Shown: positions 17,125 to 26,575 of the stretch, piece by piece
How positions within the stretch are numbered: the stretch's first letter is position 1
Layout: every line of letters begins with the position of its first letter
Source of the DNA: a virus
Lineage: Duplodnaviria; Heunggongvirae; Uroviricota; Caudoviricetes
Direction: 5' to 3' (one strand)
IMG/VR virus record: IMGVR_UViG_2563366806_000008
Coordinates: 1-34,125 of that record
DNA: 34,125 nt
Notes under the pieces: model-generated
What the model was told of the DNA's origin: nothing
What the model saw: the letters and a program-made list of their open reading frames with translations, nothing else
Databases searched by the model: none
Program-made: the position numbers and the translations under genes

Positions 17125-17404
17125 TAAGTAACCTCGTGATGGTTTTCTCGCGCAGTGCTTCACGCTTCGCGGCGTTCTCCAGTTCCTGACGCAGTGCCAC
17201 CTGCGCCAGCTCGTTTTTGTCTGCCCTGGTGAGTGCAACATGAAGCTGATTTTTCAGCATGGTGATGGTCGTCTGCTGCCCGCTGGCGACGCTGTTCGCC
17301 CTGTCCAGTGAGGTGCGCAGGCTGGCATTTTCATGCTTCACCAGAAACAGCCCCGGCACCGCCAGTGATAACAACACAACCAGCACAATCATCAGCTTTG
17401 ACAT
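16979..17404 (-). CDS. lysB: LysB, Rz-like inner-membrane spanin (141 aa)
   Basis: N-terminal transmembrane segment followed by a coiled-coil-like region; 141 aa, position after lysA as in P2. Confidence 0.75.
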   Translation of the reverse strand: MSKLMIVLVVLLSLAVPGLFLVKHENASLRTSLDRANSVASGQQTTITMLKNQLHVALTRADKNELAQVALRQELENAAKREALREKTITRLLNENEDFRRWYGADLPDAVRRLHQRPACTDASDCRQRLPESEPLPDAGQ

Positions 17405-17817
17405 GGTTCCCGCCCCTCAAAACGCTGACGGCAGGCCGTACGTATCAGCCGGAAGAACACCGACGCCACAAGATAAATCAGCGCGGTAAAAATCCACCCG
17501 GCAGCGACCAGCGCGATAAACGTCGCCACCATCACCACCAGAGCCGCCGCCCGTCTGCGCCACGGCACCGGCTGCAAAAACAGCGACGTGACAATCTTCA
17601 CGGCCAGCGATTCCGGCGGCAGCTCCCGCCCGTAGCGTTCCAGCACATACTCAGTGGCATACACCCCGACACCACCGGCAACCACACAGATAACCGTCGC
17701 CAGAATCGCCCAGGCGGCGACAAAATTGACGGCCACGCTCTGCGGGTAAATCAGGGACAGTGCCAGCATCAGCGCCAGCGACACGTTCAGCATTTGTGAA
17801 AGGGATAATTTCTTCAT
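17392..17817 (-). CDS. lysA: LysA, membrane protein modulating lysis timing (141 aa)
   Basis: Multiple hydrophobic segments; 141 aa between K and lysB as in P2. Confidence 0.7.
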   Translation of the reverse strand: MKKLSLSQMLNVSLALMLALSLIYPQSVAVNFVAAWAILATVICVVAGGVGVYATEYVLERYGRELPPESLAVKIVTSLFLQPVPWRRRAAALVVMVATFIALVAAGWIFTALIYLVASVFFRLIRTACRQRFEGREPCQS

Positions 17818-17831
17818 GGTGTTTACTCCGT

Positions 17832-18329
17832 TTAAGCCGGTACGCCGCCAGCGGTACGCCAGACGGTGACCAGTTTTTCCAGTGAATGCTCACGCTGACC
17901 GTAACCGGCACCCGGCAGGGACGCCCAGATATTGCGACAGCGTGAAATGGCGCGCTCAATACGTCCCGCCCGGATGTCATCCAGCGCACCGCGTTCGCGG
18001 ATCAACTGAATGGCGAGTCTGTCCTGTGACAACGGACTGAAATCCGGCAGGGCAAGCTGTTTGCGGTAATGCGGCCAGAACAGGTAAAGCTGCTGATAGC
18101 GACCGGAGGCCGTGGATTTTTCACCGCGACGGTTAAACACCTTCGCCGGTCGGCCATGTGCGAACGGGTGGTCACTGTAGTCGGTGAAAATTTCCGGCTT
18201 TCCGTCCAGTCCGGTGACTATCACGTCATAGCCCCGGTTTTTCGTCAGCGGATGGTTCGCCGTCCCTTCGGACACGGCCAGCATGTCGAGAAAGGCGGCG
18301 ATATTCTGATGCGTGTTAATAACCGGCAT
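17832..18329 (-). CDS. K: Endolysin K (lysozyme-type, 165 aa)
   Basis: Synteny Y-K-lysA; 165 aa as in P2 gpK. Confidence 0.8.
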   Translation of the reverse strand: MPVINTHQNIAAFLDMLAVSEGTANHPLTKNRGYDVIVTGLDGKPEIFTDYSDHPFAHGRPAKVFNRRGEKSTASGRYQQLYLFWPHYRKQLALPDFSPLSQDRLAIQLIRERGALDDIRAGRIERAISRCRNIWASLPGAGYGQREHSLEKLVTVWRTAGGVPA

Positions 18330-18610
18330 TACGGTTTCCCCCTGCCCTTAAAGCGGCGCTGAATGGCAATCTCAATCACCTGATAACCGGCGATACCCAG
18401 CATGGAGCCGATGCCGCACACCGCAGGCAATGACAGGTCAGGAAACTGCACCAGAACAACACCGGCAACCATCGAGACAAAACCACCGAGCAACATGCGC
18501 CCGATAAACAGACGCGGGGTGATGGGTTCACCACCGGCAAGCACCTTGCCGACAACAATCAGCACCCCAATCATGAAAAGCGACAGGACGCTTTTTTCTT
18601 CTGCTGTCAT
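18329..18610 (-). CDS. Y: Holin Y (93 aa)
   Basis: Small protein with hydrophobic transmembrane segments immediately upstream of the endolysin; 93 aa as in P2. Confidence 0.8.
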   Translation of the reverse strand: MTAEEKSVLSLFMIGVLIVVGKVLAGGEPITPRLFIGRMLLGGFVSMVAGVVLVQFPDLSLPAVCGIGSMLGIAGYQVIEIAIQRRFKGRGKP

Positions 18611-18613
18611 GCG

Positions 18614-18817
18614 TTACTCCCACAGATTGACAGTTTCAGCCACGGGCGCGGTCTGAACGTCGGGCAGTTCGACGGCGGTGCCGTGCGGCAGCACCGCGCC
18701 CAGTTCAGCCAGTCCCGGATTTGCGGCGAGCACGGTCTCAACCACGCCCTCAGTGCGCCCGTAATACCGGACACAAATGGCGTCGAGCGTGTCGCCCTGT
18801 AGCGCAAAGGTCTTCAT
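18614..18817 (-). CDS. X: Tail protein X (67 aa)
   Basis: Trimmed to Met giving MKTFALQGDTLDAICVRYYG...; 67 aa as in P2 gpX. Confidence 0.7.
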   Translation of the reverse strand: MKTFALQGDTLDAICVRYYGRTEGVVETVLAANPGLAELGAVLPHGTAVELPDVQTAPVAETVNLWE

Positions 18818-19326
18818 CAGATTTGACTCACGATGCAGCGCGGCTTGTCCTGGATGCGCGCCACCGCCCAGCGCATATCCCGCCACAGCTCATCAATGGT
18901 GCTGTCAATGCTGTCAGCCTTCTTGTCGCCTTTCGCACTGGCATCCACGCCGCGATAACGCTCATACAGCGACGCGGTCGCCATCGCACACACGGCGCGC
19001 TCGTAGTAAAAAACCCTGATGCTTTCACCGTCGATGTCGTCCGCCGGGACGTCCGCCAGACGCGTAAAACCGGCGGCAATTTTCTGTTCGCGGTACTCGT
19101 ACAGCTCCGCATTTGTTTCCGCCATGCCTGACTTGATGGCCTCACGCAGACGGGCGGGGGCGACAGTCTGCTCAAGGCGCATACGTTCCCGGACGCGCTT
19201 CGGGTCGATATCGGGAAAAAAGAACGTGTTTTTAATCACCGGCTCGTCGCCTGCCGGTTGCGGGATGACCACCGTACCCTCACCGGACACGGGAGCCTCC
19301 TTTCGCGGAATAATCAGCGTCATCAT
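18817..19326 (-). CDS. L: Head completion protein L (169 aa)
   Basis: Trimmed to MMTLIIPRKEAP...; 169 aa as in P2 gpL; synteny M-L-X. Confidence 0.75.
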   Translation of the reverse strand: MMTLIIPRKEAPVSGEGTVVIPQPAGDEPVIKNTFFFPDIDPKRVRERMRLEQTVAPARLREAIKSGMAETNAELYEYREQKIAAGFTRLADVPADDIDGESIRVFYYERAVCAMATASLYERYRGVDASAKGDKKADSIDSTIDELWRDMRWAVARIQDKPRCIVSQI

Positions 19327-19425
19327 GACTACCTCTGAAAAGTCGGGCGGTGGACGCCGGTGCAGTGTCAGATGATTCACCCTCACTGACCGGCGTGCCG
19401 CCCTGGCGCGGGGCGCATTCGGTTG

Positions 19426-20169
19426 TTAACTGGCTTTCTTTTTCGGGCGTCCACGTTTTGCCGGTGTCACGCTCCGGGTCTTACGCGGGGTACGGGTGGC
19501 CGCTTTTGGCTGCGGCTCCGGCTTCGGTTTCAGCTCCCGCTCCAGTCGTTCAATCTCTTTTTTGACGCCTGCCTGACAGTCGAGCTGTGTCGCACGTTGC
19601 AGGTGCGCCAGCGCACCGGCGGCATCACCACCGTCACGCAGAAACAGACCGGTGATTTTGTGCAGCTTTGCGCGCACTTCATCAGGCATGTCAGCAGCGG
19701 CAGTCAGTTCAAGGGTCTCCGTCAGCAGGCGGGTATCCACAGACTCACCGGCAGCGTGGGCACGCATGGCCGCAAGCGCGACCTCCTCGGTGAACATGTA
19801 CGGCGGGGTGCGGCGGTGTTTACCCGGCATGGTCAGACCGTACTTCAGGGCATAACGGGCAATCTCCAGCGCACCGGCAATATCGCCGGTATCCAGACGC
19901 CACAGCATGACCGTCATCAGAATGTCATCCTGTGCACCTTTGCCCTGCTCCAGCACGCCGTTCACCCACGGCAACCAGAACGGCAGCAGTTCGCGTTTTT
20001 TCGCGGCCTTCAGCTCTTTTGAATAAATCGCTTTCAGTGTGCGCTGGTCTGCGGCGAGCTTAACCAGCATCTGCTCATAGACAGTTGCATGTCGCAGCGG
20101 GGCGGCTTCCCGCTGCGCGGTCATCGCTGCCGAGACCCGCATCATGTGGCGCTGTGCGGGACTCGTCAT
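19426..20169 (-). CDS. M: Terminase endonuclease (small) subunit M (247 aa)
   Basis: Synteny N-M-L; 247 aa as in P2; basic C-terminal tail. Confidence 0.8.
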   Translation of the reverse strand: MTSPAQRHMMRVSAAMTAQREAAPLRHATVYEQMLVKLAADQRTLKAIYSKELKAAKKRELLPFWLPWVNGVLEQGKGAQDDILMTVMLWRLDTGDIAGALEIARYALKYGLTMPGKHRRTPPYMFTEEVALAAMRAHAAGESVDTRLLTETLELTAAADMPDEVRAKLHKITGLFLRDGGDAAGALAHLQRATQLDCQAGVKKEIERLERELKPKPEPQPKAATRTPRKTRSVTPAKRGRPKKKAS

Positions 20170-20172
20170 CGG

Positions 20173-21246
20173 TTACGCTCCCGGCTCTGCGGTCGCTTTA
20201 GCCGGTGTGGAGAAGTCACCGACCTTGATTTTTTCCACCAGACAACCGGCGGCGTAGTCTTCCACCACGTAATCAATGTTCATTGACTCGTAGTTCTCCA
20301 CGCGGTCGAGTTTCGGGTTTTCCACAATCACGCGGCGATGGCTGTCATCCATGTAGTAGATGGACAGGTTTTCCAGCTTCGTGATGAGCATCGCATCCGC
20401 CGGGAAGTACGGGACGCGTACCGCCGGCAGGTTACCGATGCGTTTCTGGCTGATGATGACGTCAGCGGCCAGCATCTCGCTGTTGTCCTGCTCCTTGTTG
20501 ACGATGGGGAAATACTTGTCCGCCAGTAGCTGACGCCCCACAATCACCACAAGGTCAGGGTCTTCCTGATACCACGGCTCAATCAGGTTGTTGGTCGCAT
20601 CCATCACCAGTGCATCGAGGCTGGCATAATCACCGCCCTTACCCACGCGGATGACCTCAGAGGTCGTGTGACCTTCCTCGTCAGTAACCTTGCTCATCAC
20701 GCGCGCCGGGGCTTCATTGCGGTATTTCTGCAGCCAGCCGACCGCCACATCCTGCAGCATCTGGTTACTGCTGCGGTCAGAGGTTTCGGCACGCCTCACG
20801 CCGTTAAAACCGGCCATGATTAAATCAAGGGACTGGCGTTTGATAATGGCGTTACGGACACGGAGCTGGAAATCCTGATAACGCGCCCACAGGTCAAGCG
20901 TTTTGTAGCGGATATAAAAATCGAAGTTAATCTGGTCGCATTCGTACTTGTTTGACGCCAGCTTCGAGAAGTCCTTCGGCTGACGCTCGGTGCCACCGGC
21001 GGTGTCTGTGGTGCTGGCGATGGAGCCGGTGACACCAATACCAATTTTTTCCCCTTTCATTTCGCTGACCGGCACAATGTTGATGCGGGTCAGAAAGTCA
21101 GAGGACTCCTGCATGGTGTTCATCAGGGTCTGGGTGACCGACGGTTCAACGGTGAATTTTTTCGACACATCACCGGCGTCGATGCCGTTCAGTTCGGCAA
21201 CACGGGACAGGTAGGCATTAAATTTAAAGCGGGTTTCCTGGCGCAT
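20173..21246 (-). CDS. N: Major capsid protein N (357 aa)
   Basis: Synteny O-N-M; 357 aa as in P2 gpN. Confidence 0.85.
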   Translation of the reverse strand: MRQETRFKFNAYLSRVAELNGIDAGDVSKKFTVEPSVTQTLMNTMQESSDFLTRINIVPVSEMKGEKIGIGVTGSIASTTDTAGGTERQPKDFSKLASNKYECDQINFDFYIRYKTLDLWARYQDFQLRVRNAIIKRQSLDLIMAGFNGVRRAETSDRSSNQMLQDVAVGWLQKYRNEAPARVMSKVTDEEGHTTSEVIRVGKGGDYASLDALVMDATNNLIEPWYQEDPDLVVIVGRQLLADKYFPIVNKEQDNSEMLAADVIISQKRIGNLPAVRVPYFPADAMLITKLENLSIYYMDDSHRRVIVENPKLDRVENYESMNIDYVVEDYAAGCLVEKIKVGDFSTPAKATAEPGA

Positions 21247-21304
21247 AGTTTTTCCTGAAATTAAGGGTTAATCGTGAAGGTTTTCCCGGACTGGCTGACG
21301 CCGG

Positions 21305-22159
21305 TCAGCAGTTCGTCATCAGGGCGTCACCGCCACCGCCGGTGGCCTTGCTGCGGCGCTGCTGGGTCAGACTTTCGGTGTGGTCGAGACTGTTTTTCAG
21401 GCGGCTGAATGCCTGGCTGGTTTCATCCGCCCTGTCAGTCACCTCCTGCTTAAGTGCGGAAAAGGCGGTTTCCATCTCAGCGAGTCGCTGCTCAGTGGCG
21501 CTCAGCTTTTCCTGCACATGTTCAGCAACAGCGGTCACCGCTTCATGCACGTCATTCAGACGGGCGTCATCGCTGGCCTGTTTGCGGCCAAAAATGGATT
21601 TCACCTTTTCGGTCAGGGCGGTGAACACGGTTTCAGGCAGGTCTTCAAATTCCAGCTCAACAGGCGTTGCCACTGAAATCAGGTTTTCAGGGCTTAATTT
21701 GAAGCGGTTCAGGGGGTTGTGTTTTGCCGTGCGGCAGAATTCCAGGTATTCCGTGCCGAGGCTTGCCGGGTCATCGGTGACGGCCAGACCCACCAGATAA
21801 CATTTGCCGGTGTTGGCAAAGTTCGGCTGAATTTCCATTGAGGTGTAGACCTTCTGCGCGGCCTTGTTCATCGCGATAAGGTCATCGGTCGGGGTGATTT
21901 TCGCAAACAGCGCCCATTTGCCTTTCAGCGCCGAATCGTCATCAATCTTTTCGGCCTTCAGTTCGGCCACATCGCCATAACGTTTAAAAATACCGTCAGG
22001 CAGGATGCCGCGCAGATGTTCCAGGTTAATGCGGCAACCGTAGACACGCGGGTCAAAGGTTTCGGCCATTTCCTGAATATCCTGCGCACTGATGACACGC
22101 CCGTCACAGGTGTCACCCTCAACGCCGATACGAAAGAATTTTGAGACTTTTTTTGCCAT
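21305..22159 (-). CDS. O: Capsid scaffolding protein O (284 aa)
   Basis: Trimmed to MAKKVSKFFRIGVEGDT...; 284 aa as in P2 gpO; divergent from P. Confidence 0.8.
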   Translation of the reverse strand: MAKKVSKFFRIGVEGDTCDGRVISAQDIQEMAETFDPRVYGCRINLEHLRGILPDGIFKRYGDVAELKAEKIDDDSALKGKWALFAKITPTDDLIAMNKAAQKVYTSMEIQPNFANTGKCYLVGLAVTDDPASLGTEYLEFCRTAKHNPLNRFKLSPENLISVATPVELEFEDLPETVFTALTEKVKSIFGRKQASDDARLNDVHEAVTAVAEHVQEKLSATEQRLAEMETAFSALKQEVTDRADETSQAFSRLKNSLDHTESLTQQRRSKATGGGGDALMTNC

Positions 22160-22332
22160 TGTCAGGAGTCCTGAATAGTGATTAGAGGAGTCACATGTCG
22201 GCATCAGTTTCCCGACGATGCGCATCCTCCGCCATCAGTCCCGGATGGCTTATCACTGACACAACAGCACCTTAGCGAATCGCGGGGCGCGACTCAGTAG
22301 CCTTGCCGTGTATTCATCACGGCGAGGTATTC

Positions 22333-24105
22333 ATGACCATCACCACAGACACCACTCTTTTACACGACCCGCGTCGTCAGGCGGCGCTGCTGTACTGGCA
22401 GGGGTTTTCCGTGCCGCAGATTGCCGCCATGTTGCAGATGAAACGCCCGACGGTGCAGAGCTGGAAACAGCGCGACGGCTGGGACAGCGTTGCCCCCATC
22501 AGCCGTGTCGAAATGAGTCTGGAAGCGCGGCTGACCCAGCTCATCATCAAACCGCAGAAAACCGGCGGTGACTTCAAGGAAATTGACCTGCTCGGACGCC
22601 AGATTGAACGACTGGCACGGGTAAACCGCTACAGCCAGACCGGCAACGAGGCAGACCTTAATCCGAACATCGCTAACCGCAACAAAGGCGGGCGGCGCAA
22701 ACCGAAAAAGAATTTTTTCAGTGACGAGGCTATCGAAAAGCTGGAGCAGATTTTCTTTGAGCAGTCTTTCGAATATCAGTTGCACTGGTATCGCGCCGGG
22801 CTTGAGCACCGCATCCGCGATATCCTGAAATCCCGCCAGATTGGCGCGACGTTTTATTTTTCCCGCGAGGCGCTGCTGCGCGCCCTGAAAACCGGTCATA
22901 ACCAGATTTTTCTGTCGGCCAGTAAAACGCAGGCGTATGTGTTCCGCGAATACATCATCGCCTTTGCCCGGCTGGTTGACGTTGACCTGACCGGTGACCC
23001 GATTGTCCTGGGCAATAACGGCGCAAAACTGATTTTTCTCGGCACCAACTCCAACACCGCGCAGAGCCATAACGGCGACCTGTACGTCGACGAGATTTTC
23101 TGGATACCGAATTTTCAGGTACTGCGTAAGGTGGCATCAGGTATGGCCTCACAGAGTCACCTGCGCTCGACCTATTTCTCCACCCCGTCCACGCTGGCGC
23201 ACGACGCCTACCCGTTCTGGTCGGGTGAACTGTTCAACCGGGGACGCGCCAGCGCCGCCGAACGCGTGGAAATCGACGTCAGTCATAACGCTCTTGCCGG
23301 TGGGCTTCTCTGTGCGGACGGTCAGTGGCGGCAGATTGTCACCATTGAGGACGCCCTGAAAGGTGGCTGCACGCTGTTCGACATTGAGCAGCTTAAACGC
23401 GAAAACAGCGCCGACGATTTTAAAAACCTGTTCATGTGTGAATTTGTTGACGACAAGGCGTCGGTGTTCCCGTTCGAGGAGCTGCAACGCTGCATGGTCG
23501 ACACGCTGGAAGAATGGGAAGACTATGCGCCGTTTGCCGCGAATCCGTTCGGCTCCCGCCCGGTCTGGATTGGTTACGACCCGTCACACCGTGGCGACAG
23601 TGCCGGATGCGTGGTGCTGGCACCGCCGGTGGTGGCCGGTGGCAAATTCAGAATACTTGAGCGTCACCAGTGGAAAGGCATGGACTTTGCCACCCAGGCT
23701 GAATCCATCCGCAAACTCACCGAAAAATACAACGTCGAATACATCGGTATTGATGCCACCGGCCTCGGTGTCGGCGTGTTCCAGCTCGTTCGCTCGTTCT
23801 ATCCCGCCGCACGCGATATCCGCTACACGCCGGAAATGAAAACCGCAATGGTGCTCAAGGCAAAAGACGTTATTCGCCGTGGCTGTCTGGAATATGACGT
23901 CAGCGCCACCGACATCACCAGCTCGTTTATGGCTATCCGCAAGACCATGACCAGCAGCGGACGCAGCGCCACCTATGAGGCCAGCCGCAGCGAGGAAGCC
24001 AGCCACGCCGACCTCGCCTGGGCGACCATGCACGCCCTGTTAAATGAGCCACTCACCGCCGGTATCAGCACCCCGCTGACATCCACCATTCTGGAGTTTT
24101 ACTGA
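22333..24105 (+). CDS. P: Terminase ATPase (large) subunit P (590 aa)
   Basis: Trimmed to MTITTDTTLLHD...; 590 aa as in P2 gpP; followed directly by portal gene Q. Confidence 0.85.
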   Translation: MTITTDTTLLHDPRRQAALLYWQGFSVPQIAAMLQMKRPTVQSWKQRDGWDSVAPISRVEMSLEARLTQLIIKPQKTGGDFKEIDLLGRQIERLARVNRYSQTGNEADLNPNIANRNKGGRRKPKKNFFSDEAIEKLEQIFFEQSFEYQLHWYRAGLEHRIRDILKSRQIGATFYFSREALLRALKTGHNQIFLSASKTQAYVFREYIIAFARLVDVDLTGDPIVLGNNGAKLIFLGTNSNTAQSHNGDLYVDEIFWIPNFQVLRKVASGMASQSHLRSTYFSTPSTLAHDAYPFWSGELFNRGRASAAERVEIDVSHNALAGGLLCADGQWRQIVTIEDALKGGCTLFDIEQLKRENSADDFKNLFMCEFVDDKASVFPFEELQRCMVDTLEEWEDYAPFAANPFGSRPVWIGYDPSHRGDSAGCVVLAPPVVAGGKFRILERHQWKGMDFATQAESIRKLTEKYNVEYIGIDATGLGVGVFQLVRSFYPAARDIRYTPEMKTAMVLKAKDVIRRGCLEYDVSATDITSSFMAIRKTMTSSGRSATYEASRSEEASHADLAWATMHALLNEPLTAGISTPLTSTILEFY

Positions 24106-25139
24106 TGAGCAAGAAAAAAGGGAAAACACCGCAACCTGCGGCAAAAAAAATGACCGCCAGCGCCCCGAAAATGGAGGCATTCACCTTTGGTGAACCGGTG
24201 CCGGTACTCGACCGCCGTGACATTCTGGATTACGTCGAGTGCATCAGTAACGGCAGATGGTATGAGCCACCGGTCAGCTTTACCGGTCTGGCAAAAAGCC
24301 TGCGTGCTGCCGTACATCACAGCTCACCGATTTACGTCAAACGTAATATTCTGGCTTCAACGTTTATTCCGCACCCGTGGCTTTCCCAGCAGGATTTCAG
24401 CCGCTTTGTGCTGGATTTTCTGGTGTTCGGTAATGCGTTTCTGGAAAAGCGTTACAGCACCACCGGTAAGGTCATCAGACTGGAAACCTCACCGGCAAAA
24501 TATACCCGCCGTGGCGTGGAGGAGGATGTTTACTGGTGGGTGCCGTCCTTCAACGAGCCGACAGCCTTCGCGCCCGGCTCCGTGTTTCACCTGCTGGAGC
24601 CGGATATTAATCAGGAGCTGTACGGCCTGCCGGAATATCTCAGCGCCCTTAATTCTGCCTGGCTGAATGAGTCGGCCACGCTGTTCCGCCGCAAGTATTA
24701 CGAAAACGGCGCTCATGCCGGATATATCATGTACGTCACCGATGCCGTGCAGGATCGCAACGATATCGAAATGCTTCGCGAAAACATGGTCAAGTCGAAA
24801 GGCCGCAACAACTTTAAAAATCTGTTTCTCTATGCCCCGCAGGGGAAAGCCGACGGCATTAAAATTATCCCGCTCAGTGAAGTGGCAACGAAGGACGATT
24901 TTTTTAATATCAAAAAAGCCAGCGCCGCTGACCTGCTGGACGCGCACCGCATCCCCTTTCAGTTGATGGGCGGCAAGCCGGAGAACGTCGGGTCGCTGGG
25001 TGATATTGAGAAAGTGGCAAAGGTCTTTGTCCGCAATGAGCTTATCCCGCTACAGGACAGGATCCGCGAGATAAACGGCTGGCTCGGTCAGGAGGTCATC
25101 CGCTTTAAAAACTACTCACTGGACACTGACAACGGCTGA
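24105..25139 (+). CDS. Q: Portal protein Q (344 aa)
   Basis: 344 aa as in P2 gpQ; last gene before cos. Confidence 0.85.
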   Translation: MSKKKGKTPQPAAKKMTASAPKMEAFTFGEPVPVLDRRDILDYVECISNGRWYEPPVSFTGLAKSLRAAVHHSSPIYVKRNILASTFIPHPWLSQQDFSRFVLDFLVFGNAFLEKRYSTTGKVIRLETSPAKYTRRGVEEDVYWWVPSFNEPTAFAPGSVFHLLEPDINQELYGLPEYLSALNSAWLNESATLFRRKYYENGAHAGYIMYVTDAVQDRNDIEMLRENMVKSKGRNNFKNLFLYAPQGKADGIKIIPLSEVATKDDFFNIKKASAADLLDAHRIPFQLMGGKPENVGSLGDIEKVAKVFVRNELIPLQDRIREINGWLGQEVIRFKNYSLDTDNG

Positions 25140-25308
25140 ACATCGCCGCCTGCGGGCGGCTTTTTTACACCCCGTCATCACGCCCTCACACGCTCACCAC
25201 CGCACAAAACACCCCGCAGACACACCAACGCCCCGGCGCACAATCCAAACGCCGTCACGACGCGCTGAGACGCTGAAAAAATAAAATCAGCACCACCGCC
25301 AGCGCGCA

Positions 25309-25327
25309 GTGCTATCCCCGCCTCGCC
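25309..25327 (-). other. Candidate cos cohesive-end sequence (19 nt)
   Basis: Minus-strand GGCGAGGCGGGGATAGCAC differs at one position from the P2 cos overhang as I recall it (GGCGAGGCGGGGAAAGCAC); lies between Q and the replication side as expected. Confidence 0.55.
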
Positions 25328-25542
25328 TGCCCGCTTTATGGGTCGGTTTTAATGCAGGTGCACGAATACACCGGAGGCGCGCCGGCACTGGTGGCGCTCA
25401 GACGCAACAGGGGAGGAAAACGCATGCAATTGAATGCATTTCTAGGCACACCTAAAAATGAAAAAATGTTATGACAATTAATCATTTTAAACACACTGAT
25501 TAAGGGTAGAATTCTCCTAGTAAAATCATAGAAAAACCGCTA

Positions 25543-26472
25543 TCAAACCAGGCTTTTGCCTTGCTTCATTTTTTTAGATGAGTCTAAAAATTTGAAATTA
25601 TCATTAGATGAAAATATTCTTTCTGCGGTATGCCGAATGACTGAAGTATTGAAGACCGCAGCCTGCTCCTCATTACAACTGAATACACCCTCATGACCAT
25701 CAAACTCGCCCGCCAAAAGAAGGTTTTTTGATACTGGGAACAAAACTAAAGTGTCTTTTACACCAAACCCGGGGGAATAAGGGCCTCGTGCTAATTCAGG
25801 ATTAGTCCACATTAAGCAAACTGGGTTATCTGAAGTTATAAATGACCCTTGCCCATCAGATATGGTCATAAGTGACCAGTTGCGTTGATGCAACAACTTG
25901 GTGATAACAGGTACACATTTCATTTCCATATCTATCATGAACTCTCTGATTACATTGATTTCGAAATTATCCCCATCCACAAAATTTTTAATTTTTTCGT
26001 AAGCGAGATCATATGGCAAAGACTCACCCATTTCTTTCTCATAAGCTAATTTGCAATCGTCCCAACGCTCAGCCGAACTAACTGAGGATTTCATGATAAA
26101 CTTTGCTATTTGTTTCAATGGAGATGATAAATGTTCTCGCTGAGCAGGCGTACGTATTGCCAATAAGGAAATAAACTCCAGAATAACATCTTTGGTTTCG
26201 CCTGAAAACTCGCCCCCCTCCTCAAGTTTTCTTAAATGAGTAGCGACACTGCCTTCAAACTCTGCAAGAGAACTCTCGAGATAGTTTGGGTCAACTCCAT
26301 CCAATTCTAATCGGTTGAAATCTCTAACCCCCCCGACATTGCGAGTATTACTCTCAAAGGTTTTGCGCTCCTTTAAATCTATTACAGTTAATTTTGATTT
26401 TTTCCCCCCATTACTTGTAAACCCTTTCAAATAACATTGGGATAAAAAATGATGATGCCTTGCAACACTCAT
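25543..26472 (-). CDS. DUF4238-type cargo protein (309 aa from Met at 26472); candidate single-gene anti-phage protein
   Basis: AT-rich ORF in the tin/old slot; N-terminal HHFLSQCYLKGF resembles the DUF4238 signature (HH-x-x-P/S-Q-x-YL-x-x-F); RBS ggag before ATG at 26472; ORF extends upstream to 26514. Confidence 0.65.
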   Translation of the reverse strand: MSVARHHHFLSQCYLKGFTSNGGKKSKLTVIDLKERKTFESNTRNVGGVRDFNRLELDGVDPNYLESSLAEFEGSVATHLRKLEEGGEFSGETKDVILEFISLLAIRTPAQREHLSSPLKQIAKFIMKSSVSSAERWDDCKLAYEKEMGESLPYDLAYEKIKNFVDGDNFEINVIREFMIDMEMKCVPVITKLLHQRNWSLMTISDGQGSFITSDNPVCLMWTNPELARGPYSPGFGVKDTLVLFPVSKNLLLAGEFDGHEGVFSCNEEQAAVFNTSVIRHTAERIFSSNDNFKFLDSSKKMKQGKSLV

Positions 26473-26575
26473 ACTCAGCTCCGTTATGGCTATAATCGCA
26501 TAAATAATAAGCACTTATATTGCAATCATCTAGTTAAATACACAATATTTATGACTCCGAAATTTCATTAAATCA

